Below, in pieces: positions 12,198-24,100 of a stretch of 64,000 bases of DNA. Within the stretch, counting starts at the first letter, position 1, and every line of letters starts with the position of its first letter. The notes below the pieces were generated by a model. That model did no database searches. It was not told the origin of the DNA and saw only the letters and a list, made by a program, of their open reading frames with translations. Location: contig OZ024748.1 in NCBI GenBank assembly GCA_964016885.1, forward strand, positions 23,188,001 to 23,252,000. Reading direction: 5' to 3'. Source of the stretch: Eledone cirrhosa (Eukaryota). The position numbers were made by a program, and so were the translations under genes.

Positions 12198-15100
12198 TGT
12201 GGTGGTGGTGGTGGCTGTAGTGGTTGTATATGTGGTGGTGGTGGTGGTGGCGGCTGTAGTGGTTGTATATGTGGTGGTGGTGGTGGTGGCGGCTGTAGTG
12301 GTTGTATATGTGGTGGTGGTGGTGGTGGCTGTAGTGGTTGTATATGTGGTGGTGGTGGCGGTGGTGGCTGTAGTGGTTGTATATGTGGTGGTGGTGGTGG
12401 TGGCTGTAGTGGTTGTATATGTGGTGGTGGTGGTGGTGGTGGCTGTAGTGGTTGTATTTGTGGTGGTGGTGGTGGTGGCGGCTGTAGTGGTTGTATATGT
12501 GGTGGTGGTGGTGGTGGCGGCTGTAGTGGTTGTATATGTGGTGGTGGTGGTGGTGGCGGCTGTAGTGGTTGTATATGTGGTGGTGGTGGTGGTGGCTGTA
12601 GTGGTTGTATATGTGGTGGTGGTGGCGGTGGCGGCTGTAGTGGTTGTATATGTGGTGGTGGTGGTGGTGGCTGTAGTGGTTGTATATGTGGTGGTGGTGG
12701 TGGCGGCTGTAGTGGTTGTATATGTGGTGGTGGTGGTGGTGGCTGTAGTGGTTGTATATGTGGTGGTGGTGGTGGTGGCTGTAGTGGTTGTATATGTGGT
12801 GGTGGTGGTGGTGGCTGTAGTGGTTGTATATGTGGTGGTGGTGGTGGTGGCGGCTGTAGTGGTTGTATATGTGGTGGTGGTGGTGGTGGCGGCTGTAGTG
12901 GTTGTATATGTGGTGGTGGTGGTGGTGGCTGTAGTGGTTGTATATGTGGTGGTGGTGGCGGCTGTAGTGGTTGTATATGTGGTGGTGGTGGCGGCTGTAG
13001 TGGTTGTATATGTGGTGGTGGTGGTGGTGGCTGTAGTGGTTGTATATGTGGTGGTGGTGGTGGCGGCTGTAGTGGCTGTATATGTGGTGGTGGTGGCGGT
13101 GGTGGCTGTAGTGGTTGTATATGTGGTGGTGGTGGTGGTGGCTGTAGTGGTTGTATATGTGGTGGTGGTGGTGGTGGCTGTAGTGGTTGTATATGTGGTG
13201 GTGGTGGCGGCTGTAGTCGTTGTATATGTGGTGGTGGTGGTGGTGGCTGCTGTAGTGGTTGTATATGTGGTGGTGGTGGCGGCTGTAGTGGTTGTATTTG
13301 TGGTGGTGGTGGCGGCTGTAGTGGTTGTATTTGTGGTGGTGGTGGTGGAGGCTGTAGTGGTTGTATATGTGGTGGTGGTGGCGGCTGTAGTGGTTGTATT
13401 TGTGGTGGCGGTGGTGGCTGTAGTGGTTGTATTTGTGGTGGTGGTGGTGGCTGTAGTGGTTGTATTTGTGGTGGTGGTGGCTGTAGTGGTTGTATTTGTG
13501 GTGGTGGTGGCGGTGGTGGCTGTAGTGGTTGTATATGTGGTGGTGGTGGCGGTGGTGGCTGTAGTGGTTGTATTTGTGGTGGTGGTGGTGGCTGTAGTGG
13601 TTGTATTTGTGGTGGTGGTGGTGGTGGCTGTAGTGGTTGTATTTGTGGTGGTGGTGGTGGAGGCTGTAGTGGTTGTATATGTGGTGGTGGTGGCGGCTGT
13701 AGTGGTTGTATTTGTGGTGGTGGTGGTGGCGGTGGCTGTAGTGGTTGTATTTGTGGTGGTGGTGGTGGCGGCTGTAGTGGTTGTATTTGTGGTGGTGGTG
13801 GCTGTAGTGGTTGTATTTGTGGCGGTGGTGGTGGTGGTGGCTGTAGTGGTTGTATTTGTGGTGGTGGTGGCTGTAGTGGTTGTATTTGTGGTGGTGGTGG
13901 TGGTGGTGGCTGTAGTGGTTGTATATGTGGTGGTGGTGGTGGAGGCTGTAGTGGTTGTATATGTGGTGGTGGTGGCGGTGGTGGCTGTAGTGGTTGTATA
14001 TGTGGTGGTGGTGGTGGAGGCTGTAGTGGTTGTATATGTGGTGGTGGTGGTGGTGGCTGTAGTGGTTGTATATGTGGTGGTGGTGGCGGTGGTGGCTGTA
14101 GTGGTTGTATATGTGGTGGTGGTGGTGGAGGCTGTAGTGGTTGTATATGTGGTGGTGGTGGTGGTGGCTGTAGTGGTTGTATATGTGGTGGTGGTGGTGG
14201 TGGTGGCTGTAGTGGTTGTATATGTGGTGGTGGTGGTGGAGGCTGTAGTGGTTGTATATGTGGTGGTGGTGGTGGTGGCTGTAGTGGTTGTATTTGTGGT
14301 GGTGGTGGTGGTGGCTGTAGTGGTTGTATTTGTGGTGGTGGCTGTAGTGGTTGTATTTGTGGCGGTGGCTGTAGTGGTTGTATTTGTGGTGGTGGTGGTG
14401 GTGGCTGTAGTGGTTGTATTTGTGGTGGTGGTGGTGGTGGCTGTAGTGGTTGTATTTGTGGTGGTGGTGGTGGTGGCTGTAGTGGTTGTATTTGTGGTGG
14501 TGGTGGTGGTGGCTGTAGTGGTTGTATTTGTGGTGGTGGTGGTGGTGGCTGTAGTGGTTGTATTTGTGGTGGTGGTGGTGGCGGCTGTAGTGGTTGTATT
14601 TGTGGTGGTGGCGGCTGTAGTGGTTGTATTTGTGGTGTTGGTGGTGGTGGCTGTAGTGGTTGTATATGTGGTGGTGGTGGCGGTGGTGGCTGTAGTGGTT
14701 GTATTTGTGGTGGTGGTGGTGGTGGCGGCTGCAGTGGTTGTATTTGTGGTGGTGGTGGTGGCTGTAGTGGTTGTATTTGTGGTGGTGGTGGTGGTGGTGG
14801 CTGTAGTGGTTGTATATGTGGTGGTGGTGGTGATGGCTGTAGTGGTTGTATTTGTGGTGGTGGTGGTGGTGGCTGTAGTGGTTGTATTTGTGGTGGTGGT
14901 GGTGGCTGTAGTGGTTGTATTTGTGGTGGTGGTGGCGGCTGTAGTGGTTGTATTTGTGGTGGTGGTGGCGGCTGTAGTGGTTGTATATGTGGTGGTGGTG
15001 GCGGCTGTAGTGGTTGTATTTGTGGTGGTGGTGGCGGCTGTAGTGGTTGTATTTGTGGTGGTGGTGGGGGTGGTGGCTGTAGTGGTTGTATTTGTGGTGG

Positions 15101-18100
15101 TGGTGGTGGCTGTAGTAGTTGTATATGTGGTGGTGGTGGTGGCGGCTGTAGTGGTTGTATATGTGGTGGTGGTGGTGGAGGCTGTAGTGGTTGTATATGT
15201 GGTGGTGGTGGTGGTGGCTGTAGTGGTTGTATATGTGGTGGTGGTGGCGGTGGTGGCTGTAGTGGTTGTATATGTGGTGGTGGTGGTGGAGGCTGTAGTG
15301 GTTGTATATGTGGTGGTGGTGGTGGAGGCTGTAGTGGTTGTATATGTGGTGGTGGTGGTGGAGGCTGTAGTGGTTGTATATGTGGTGGTGGTGGTGGAGG
15401 CTGTAGTGGTTTTATATGTGGTGGTGGTGGTGGTTGTAGTGGTTGTATTTGTGGTGGTGGTGGTGGTGGCTGTAGTTGTTGTATTTGTGGTGGTGGTGGT
15501 GGCTGTAGTGGTTGTATTTGTGGTGGTGGTGGCGGCTGTAGTGGTTGTATTTGTGGTGGTGGTGGTGGCTGTAGTGGTTGTATTTGTGGTGGTGGCGGCG
15601 GCTGTAGTGGTTGTATTTGTGGTGGTGGTGGTGGTGGCGGCTGTAGTGGTTGTATTTGTGGTGGTGGCGGTGGTGGCTGTAGTGGTTGTATTTGTGGTGG
15701 TGGTGGCTGTAGTGGTTGTATTTGTGGTGGTGGTGGTGGCTGTAGTGGTTGTATTTGTGGTGGTGGTGGCGGCTGTAGTGGTTGTATTTGTGGTGGTGGT
15801 GGTGGCTGTAGTGGTTGTATTTGTGGTGGTGGCGGTGGTGGCTGTAGTGGTTGTATTTGTGGTGGTGGTGGTGGTGGCTGTAGTGGTTGTATTTGTGGTG
15901 GTGGTGGTGGCTGTAGTGGTTGTATTTGTGGTGGTGGTGGCGGCTGTAGTGGTTGTATTTGTGGTGGTGGTGGTGGCTGTAGTGGTTGTATTTGTGGTGG
16001 TGGTGGCGGCTGTAGTGGTTGTATTTGTGGTGGTGGTGGTGGAGGCTGTAGTGGTTGTATATGTGGTGGTGGTGGTGGAGGCTGTAGTGGTTGTATATGT
16101 GGTGGTGGTGGTGGTGGCTGTAGTGGTTGTATTTGTGGTGGTGGTGGTGGCTGTAGTGGTTGTATTTGTGGTGGTGGTGGTGGCTGTAGTGGTTGTATTT
16201 GTGGTGGTGGCGGTGGTGGCTGTAGTGGTTGTATTTGTGGTGGTGGTGGTGGTGGCTGTAGTGGTTGTATTTGTGGTGGTGGTGGTGGCTGTAGTGGTTG
16301 TATTTGTGGTGGTGGTGGTGGTGGCTGTAGTGTTTGTATTTGTGGTGGTGGTGGTGGCTGTAGTGGTTGTATTTGTGGTGGTGGTGGTGGTGGCTGTAGT
16401 GGTTGTATTTGTGGTGGTGGTGGTGGCTGTAGTGGTTGTATTTGTGGTGGTGGTGGTGGAGGCTGTAATGGTTGTATATGTGGTGGTGGTGGTGGTTGTA
16501 GTGGTTGTATTTGTGGTGGTGGTGGTGGTGGCTGTAGTGGTTGTATTTGTGGTGGTGGTGGTGGAGGCTGTAGTGGTTGTATATGTGGTGGTGGTGGTGG
16601 AGGCTGTAGTGGTTGTATATGTGGTGGTGGTGGTGGTTGTAGTGGTTGTATTTGTGGTGGTGGTGGTGGTGGCTGTAGTGGTTGTATTTGTGGTGGTGGT
16701 GGCGGCTGTAGTGGTTGTATTTGTGGTGGTGGTGGCGGCTGTAGTGGTTGTATTTGTGGTGGTGGTGGTGGTGGCTGTAGTGGTTGTATTTGTGGTGGTG
16801 GTGGTGGTGGCTGTAGTGGTTGTATTTGTGGTGGTGGTGGCGGCTGTAGTGGTTGTATTTGTGGTGGTGGTGGTGGTGGCTGTAGTGGTTGTATTTGTGG
16901 TGGTGGTGGTGGCTGTAGTGGTTGTATTTGTGGTGGTGGTGGTGGTGGCTGTAGTGGTTGTATTTGTGGTGGTGGTGGCGGCTGTAGTGGTTGTATTTGT
17001 GGTGGTGGTGGTGGCGGCGGCTGTAGTGGTTGTATTTGTGGTGGTGGTGGTGGCGGCGGCTGTAGTGGTTGTATTTGTGGTGGTGGTGGTGGTGGCGGCT
17101 GTAGTGGTTGTATTTGTGGTGGTGGTGGTGGCGGCGGCTGTAGTGGTTGTATTTGTGGTGGTGGTGGTGGCTGTAGTGGTTGTATTTGTGGTGGTGGTGG
17201 TGGCTGTAGTGGTTGTATTTGTGGTGGTGGTGGTGGCTGTAGTGGTTGTATTTGTGGTGGTGGTGGTGGCTGTAGTGGTTGTATTTGTGGTGGTGGTGGT
17301 GGTGGCTGTAGTGGTTGTATTTGTGGTGGTGGTGGTGGCTGTAGTGGTTGTATTTGTGGTGGTGGTGGCGGCTGTAGTGGTTGTATTTGTGGTGGTGGTG
17401 GTGGCGGCGGCTGTAGTCGTTGTATTTGTGGTGGTGGTGGTGGCGGCGGCTGTAGTGGTTGTATTTGTGGTGGTGGTGGTGGCTGTAGTGGTTGTATTTG
17501 TGGTGGTGGTGGTGGCTGTAGTGGTTGTATTTGTGGTGGTGGTGGTGGCTGTAGTGGTTGTATTTGTGGTGGTGGTGGTGGCTGTAGTGGTTGTATTTGT
17601 GGTGGTGGTGGAGGCTGTAGTGGTTGTATTTGTGGTGGTGGTGGCTGTAGTGGTTGTATTTGTGGTGGTGGTGGTGGCTGTAGTGGTTGTATTTGTGGTG
17701 GTGGTGGCGGCTGTAGTGGTTGTATTTGTGGTGGTGGTGGTGGCGGCGGCTGTAGTCGTTGTATTTGTGGTGGTGGTGGTGGCGGCGGCTGTAGTGGTTG
17801 TATTTGTGGTGGTGGTGGTGGAGGCTGTAGTGGTTGTATATGTGGTGGTGGTGGTGGTGGCTGTAGTGGTTGTTAATGTGGTGGTGGTGGTGGCGGCTGT
17901 AGTGGTTGTATTTGTGGTGGTGGTGGCGGCTGTAGTGGTTGTATTTGTGGTGGTGGTGGTGGCTGTACTAGTTGTATATGTGGTGGTGGTGGTGGCGGCT
18001 ATAGTGGTTGTATATGTGGTGGTGGTGGTGGAGGCTGTAGTGGTTGTATATGTGGTGGTGGTGGTGGCTGTAGTGGTTGTATATGTGGTGGTGGTGGCGG

Positions 18101-21100
18101 TGGTGGCTGTAGTGGTTGTATATGTGGTGGTGGTGGAGGCTGTAGTGGTTGTATATGTGGTGGTGGTGGTGGTGGCTGTAGTGGTTGTATATGTGGTGGT
18201 GGTGGCGGTGGTGGCTGTAGTGGTTGTATATGTGGTGGTGGTGGCGGCTGTAGTAGTTGTATTTGTGGTGGTGGTGGTGGCTGTAGTGGTTGTATTTGTG
18301 GTGGTGGTGGTGGCTGTAGTGTTTGTATTTGTGGTGGTGGTGGTGGAGGCTGTAGTGGTTGTATATGTGGTGGTGGTGGTGGAGGCTGTAGTGGTTGTAT
18401 ATGTGGTGGTGGTGGAGGCTGTAGTGGTTGTATATATGGTGGTGGTGGTGGTGGCTGTAGTGGTTGTATATGTGGTGGTGGTGGTGGAGGCTGTAGTGGT
18501 TGTATTTGTGGTGGTGGTGGTGGTTGTAGTGGTTGTATTTGTGGTGGTGGTGGTGGTGGCTGTAGTGGTTGTATTTGTGGTGGTGGTGGTGGCTGTAGTG
18601 GTTGTATTTGTGGTGGTGGTGGCGGCTGTAGTGGTTGTATTTGTGGTGGTGGTGGTGGAGGCTGTAATGGTTGTATATGTGGTGGTGGTGGTGGAGGCTG
18701 TAGTGGTTGTATATGTGGTGGTGGTGGTGGTGGTTGTAGTGGTTGTATATGTGGTGGTGGTGGTGGAGGCTGTAGTGGTTGTATATGTGGTGGTGGTGGT
18801 GGTTGTAGTGGTTGTATTTGTGGTGGTGGTGGCGGCTGTAGTGGTTGTATTTGTGGTGGTGGTGGTGGAGGCTGTAATGGTTGTATATGTGGTGGTGGTG
18901 GTGGAGGCTGTAGTGGTTGTATATGTGGTGGTGGTGGTGGCTGTAGTGGTTGTATATGTGGTGGTGGTGGTGGAGGCTGTAGTGGTTGTATATGTGGTGG
19001 TGGTGGTGGTTGTAGTGGTTGTATTTGTGGTGGTGGTGGTGGTGGCTGTAGTGGTTGTATTTGTGGTGGTGGTGGTGGCTGTAGTGGTTGTATTTGTGGT
19101 GGTGGTGGCGGCTGTAGTGGTTGTATTTGTGGTGGTGGTGGTGGAGGCTGTAATGGTTGTATATGTGGTGGTGGTGGTGGAGGCTGTAGTGGTTGTATAT
19201 GTGGTGGTGGTGGTGGTTGTAGTGGTTGTATTTGTGGTGGTTGTGGTGGTGGCTGTAGTGGTTGTATTTGTGGTGGTGGTGGTGGCTGTAGTGGTTGTAT
19301 TTGTGGTGGTGGTGGTGGTGGCTGTAGTGGTTGTATTTGTGGTGGTGGTGGTGGCTGTAGTGGTTGTATTTGTGGTGGTGGTGGTGGTGGCTGTAGTGGT
19401 TGTATTTGTGGTGGTGGTGGCGGCTGTAGTGGTTGTTTTTGTGGTGGTGGTGGTGGCGGCGGCTGTAGTGGTTGTATTTGTGGTGGTGGTGGTGGTGGCT
19501 GTAGTGGTTGTATTTGTGGTGGTGGTGGTGGCTGTAGTGGTTGTATTTGTGGTGGTGGTGGTGGTGGCTGTAGTGGTTGTATTTGTGGTGGTGGTGGCGG
19601 CTGTAGTGGTTGTATTTGTGGTGGTGGTGGTGGCGGCGGCTGTAGTGGTTGTATTTGTGGTGGTGGTGGTGGCGGCGGCTGTAGTGGTTGTATTTGTGGT
19701 GGTGGTGGTGGTGGCGGCTGTAGTGGTTGTATTTGTGGTGGTGGTGGTGGTGGCTGTAGTGGTTGTATTTGTGGTGGTGGTGGTGGTGGCTGTAGTGGTT
19801 GTATTTGTGGTGGTGGTGGCGGCTGTAGTTGTTGTATTTGTGGTGGTGGTGGTGGCGGCGGCTGTAGTGGTTGTATTTGTGGTGGTGGTGGTGGTGGCGG
19901 CTGTAGTGGTTGTATTTGTGGTGGTGGTGGTGGCTGTAGTGGTTGTATTTGTGGTGGTGGCGGCGGCTGTAGTGGTTGTATTTGTGGTGGTGGTGGTGGT
20001 GGCTGTAGTGGTTGTATTTGTGGTGGTGGTGGCGGTGGTGGCTGTAGTGGTTGTATATGTGGTGGTGGTGGCGGCTGTAGTGGTTGTATTTGTTGTTGTG
20101 GTGGTGGCGGCGGCTGTAGTGGTTGTATTTGTGGTGGTGGTGGTGGCGGCGGCTGTAGTGGTTGTATTTGTGGTGGTGGTGGTGGTGGCGGCTGTAGTGG
20201 TTGTATTTGTGGTGGTGGTGGTGGTGGCTGTAGTGGTTGTATTTATGGTGGTGGCGGCGGCTGTAGTGGTTGTATTTGTGGTGGTGGTGGTGGTGGCTGT
20301 AGTGGTTGTATTTGTGGTGGTGGTGGTGGCTGTAGTGGTTGTATTTGTGGTGGTGGTGGTGGTGGCTGTAGTGGTTGTATTTGTGGTGGTGGTGGTGGCT
20401 GTAGTGGTTGTATTTGTGTTGGTGGTGGCGGCTGTAGTGGTTGTATTTGTGGTGGTGGTGGTGGCGGCGGCTGTAGTGGTTGTATTTGTGGTGGTGGTGG
20501 TGGTGGCGGCTGTAGTCGTTGTATTTGTGGTGGTGGTGGTGGCGGCGGCTGTAGTGGTTGTATTTGTGGTGGTGGTGGTGGTGGCTGTAGTGGTTGTATT
20601 TGTGGTGGTGGCTGTAGTGGTTGTATTTGTGGTGGTGGTGGTGGCTGTAGTGGTTGTATTTGTGTTGGTGGTGGTGGTGGCGGCTGTAGTGGTTGTATTT
20701 GTGGTGGTGGTGGTGGTGGCGGCTGTAGTCGTTGTATTTGTGGTGGTGGTGGTGGCGGCGGCTGTAGTGGTTGTATTTGTGGTGGTGGTGGTGGTGGCTG
20801 TAGTGGTTGTATTTGTGGTGGTGGCTGTAGTGGTTGTATTTGTGGTGGTGGTGGCTGTAGTGGTTGTATTTGTGGTGGTGGCTGTAGTGGTTGTATTTGT
20901 GGTGGTGGTGGTGGCGGCGGCTGTAGTGGTTGTATTTGTGGTGGTGGTGGTGGTGGCGGCTGTAGTGGTTGTATTTGTGGTGGTGGTGGTGGCGGCGGCT
21001 GTAGTGGTTGTATTTGTGGTGGTGGTGGTGGCGGCGGCTGTAGTGGTTGTATTTGTGGTGGTGGTGGCGGCGGCTGTAGTGGTTGTATTTGTGGTGGTGG

Positions 21101-24100
21101 TGGTGGAGGCTGTAGTGGTTGTATTTGTGGTGGTGGTGGCGGCTGTAGTGGTTGTATTTGTGGTGGCGGCGGCTGTAGTGGTTGTATTTGTGGTGGTGGT
21201 GGTGGTGGCGGCTGTAGTGGTTGTTATTGTGGTGGTGGTGGTGGTGGCGGCTGTAGTGGTTGTATTTGTGGTGGTGGTGGTGGTGGCGGCTGTAGTGGTT
21301 GTATTTGTGGTGGTGGTGGTGGTGGCGGCTGTAGTGGTTGTATTTGTGGTGGTGGTGGTGGTGGCGGCTGTAGTGGTTGTATTTGTGGTGGTGGTGGTGG
21401 CGGCTGTAGTGGTTGTATTTGTGGTGGTGGTGGTGGTGGTGGCTGTAGTGGTTGTTATTGTGGTGGTGGTGGTGGTGGCGGCTGTAGTGGTTGTATTTGT
21501 GGTGGTGGTGGTGGCGGCTGTAGTGGTTGTATTTGTGGTGGTGGTGGTGGTGGCGGCTGTAGTGGTTGTTATTGTGGTGGTGGTGGTGGCTGTAGTGGTT
21601 GTATTTGTGGTGGTGGTGGTGGTGGCGGCTGTAGTGGTTGTTATTGTGGTGGTGGTGGCGGCTGTAGTGGTTGTATTTGTGGTGGTGGTGGTGGCTGTAG
21701 AGGTTGTATTTGTGGTGGTGGTGGCTGTAGTGGTTGTATTTGTGGTGGTGGTGGTGGTGGCGGCTGTAGTGGTTGTTATTGTGGTGGTGGTGGCGGCTGT
21801 AGTGGTTGTATTTGTGGTGGTGGTGGTGGCTGTAGTGGTTGTATTTGTGGTGGTGGTGGCTGTAGTGGTTGTATTTGTGGTGGTGGTGGTGGTGGCGGCT
21901 GTAGTGGTTGTATTTGTGGTGGTGGTGGTGGCTGTAGTGGCTGTATTTGTGGTGGTGGTGGCTGTAGTGGTTGTTATTGTGGTGGTGGTGGTGGTGGCGG
22001 CTGTAGTGGTTGTATTTGTGGTGGTGGTGGAGGCTGTAGTGGTTGTATTTGTGGTGGTGGTGGTGGAGGCTGTAGTGGTTGTATTTGTGGTGGTGGTGGC
22101 GGCTGTAGTGGTTGTATTTGTGGTGGTGGTGGTGGCTGTAGTGGCTGTATTTGTGGTGGCGGCGGCTGTAGTGGTTGTATTTGTGGTGGTGGTGGCTGTA
22201 GTGGCTGTATTTGTGGTGGCGGCGGCTGTAGTGGCTGTATTTGTGGTGGTGGTGGCTGTAGTGGTTGTATTTGTGGTGGTGGTGGTGGCTGTAGTGGTTG
22301 TATTTGTGGTGGTGGTGGCGGCTGTAGTGGTTGTATTTGTGGTGGTGGTGGCTGTAGTGGTTGTATTTGTGGTGGTGGTGGCGGCTGTAGTGGTTGTATT
22401 TGTGGTGGTGGTGGTGGAGGCTGTAGTGGTTGTATTTGTGGTGGTGGTGGTGGCTGTAGTGGCTGTATTTGTGGTGGCGGCGGCTGTAGTGGTTGTATTT
22501 GTGGTGGTGGTGGTGGCGGCGGCTGTAGTGGTTGTATTTGTGGTGGTGGTGGCGGCTGTAGTGGTTGTATTTGTGGTGGTGGTGGTGGCTGTAGTGGCTG
22601 TATTTGTGGTGGTGGTGGTGGCTGTAGTGGTTGTATTTGTGGTGGTGGTGGCGGCTGTAGTGGTTGTATTTGTGGTGGTGGTGGTGGCTGTAGTGGTTGT
22701 ATTTGTGGTGGTGGTGGCGGCTGTAGTGGTTGTATTTGTGGTGGTGGTGGCTGTAGTGGTTGTATTTGTGGTGGTGGTGGCGGCTGTAGTGGTTGTATTT
22801 GTGGTGGTGGTGGCGGCGGCTGTAGTGGTTGTATTTGTGGTGGTGGTGGAGGCTGTAGTGGTTGTATTTGTGGTGGTGGTGGTGGCTGTAGTGGTTGTAT
22901 TTGTGGTGGTGGTGGTGGTGGCTGTAGTGTTTGTATTTGTGGTGTTGGTGGTGGCTGTAGTGGTTGTATTTGTGGTGGTGGTGGTGGCTGTAGTGGTTGT
23001 ATTTGTGGTGGTGGTGGTGGCGGCTGTAGTGGTTGTATTTGTGGTGGTGGTGGTGGCTGTAGTGGTTGTATTTGTGGTGGTGGTGGTGGCGGCTGTAGTG
23101 GTTGTATTTGTGGTGGTGGTGGCGGCTGCAGTGGTTGTATTTGTGGTGGTGGTGGCTGTAGTGGTTGTATTTGTGGTGGTGGTGGTGGCTGTAGTGGTTG
23201 TATTTGTGGTGGTGGTGGCGGCTGTAGTGGTTGTATTTGTGGTGGTGGTGGTGGCGGCTGTAGTGGTTGTATTTGTGGTGGTGGTGGCGGCTGCAGTGGT
23301 TGTATTTGTGGTGGTGGTGGCTGTAGTGGTTGTATTTGTGGTGGTGGTGGTGGCTGTAGTGGTTGTATTTGTGGTGGTGGTGGCGGCTGTAGTGGTTGTA
23401 TTTGTGGTGGTGGTGGCGGCTGCAGTGGTTGTATTTGTGGTGGTGGTGGCTGTACTGGTTGTATTTGTGGTGGTGGTGGCGGCTGTAGTGGTTGTATTTG
23501 TGGTGGTGGTGGCGGCTGTAGTGGTTGTATTTGTGGTGGTGGTGGTGGTGGCGGCTGTAGTGGTTGTATTTGTGGTGGTGGTGGTGGCTGTAGTGATTGT
23601 ATTTGTGGTGGTGGTTGCGGCTGTAGTGGTTGTATTTGTGGTGGTGGTGGCGGCTGTAGTGGTTGTATTTGTGGTGGTGGTGGCGGCTGTAGTGGTTGTA
23701 TTTGTGGTGGTGGTGGTGGTGGCGGCTGTAGTGGTTGTATTTGTGGTGGTGGTGGCGGCTGTAGTGGTTGTATTTGTGGTGGTGGTGGCGGCTGTAGTGG
23801 TTGTATTTGTGGTGGTGGTGGCGGCTGTAGTGGTTGTATTTGTGGTGGTGGTGGTGGCGGCTGTGGTGGTTGTATATGTGGTGGTGGTGGTGGCGGCTGT
23901 AGTGGTTGTATTTGTGGTGGTGGTGGTGGAGGCTGTAGTGGTTGTATTTGTGGTGGTGGTGGCGGCTGTAGTGGTTGTATTTGTGGTGGCGGCGGCTGTA
24001 GTGGTTGTATTTGTGGTGGTGGTGGTGGTGGCGGCTGTAGTGGTTGTTATTGTGGTGGTGGTGGTGGTGGCGGCTGTAGTGGTTGTATTTGTGGTGGTGG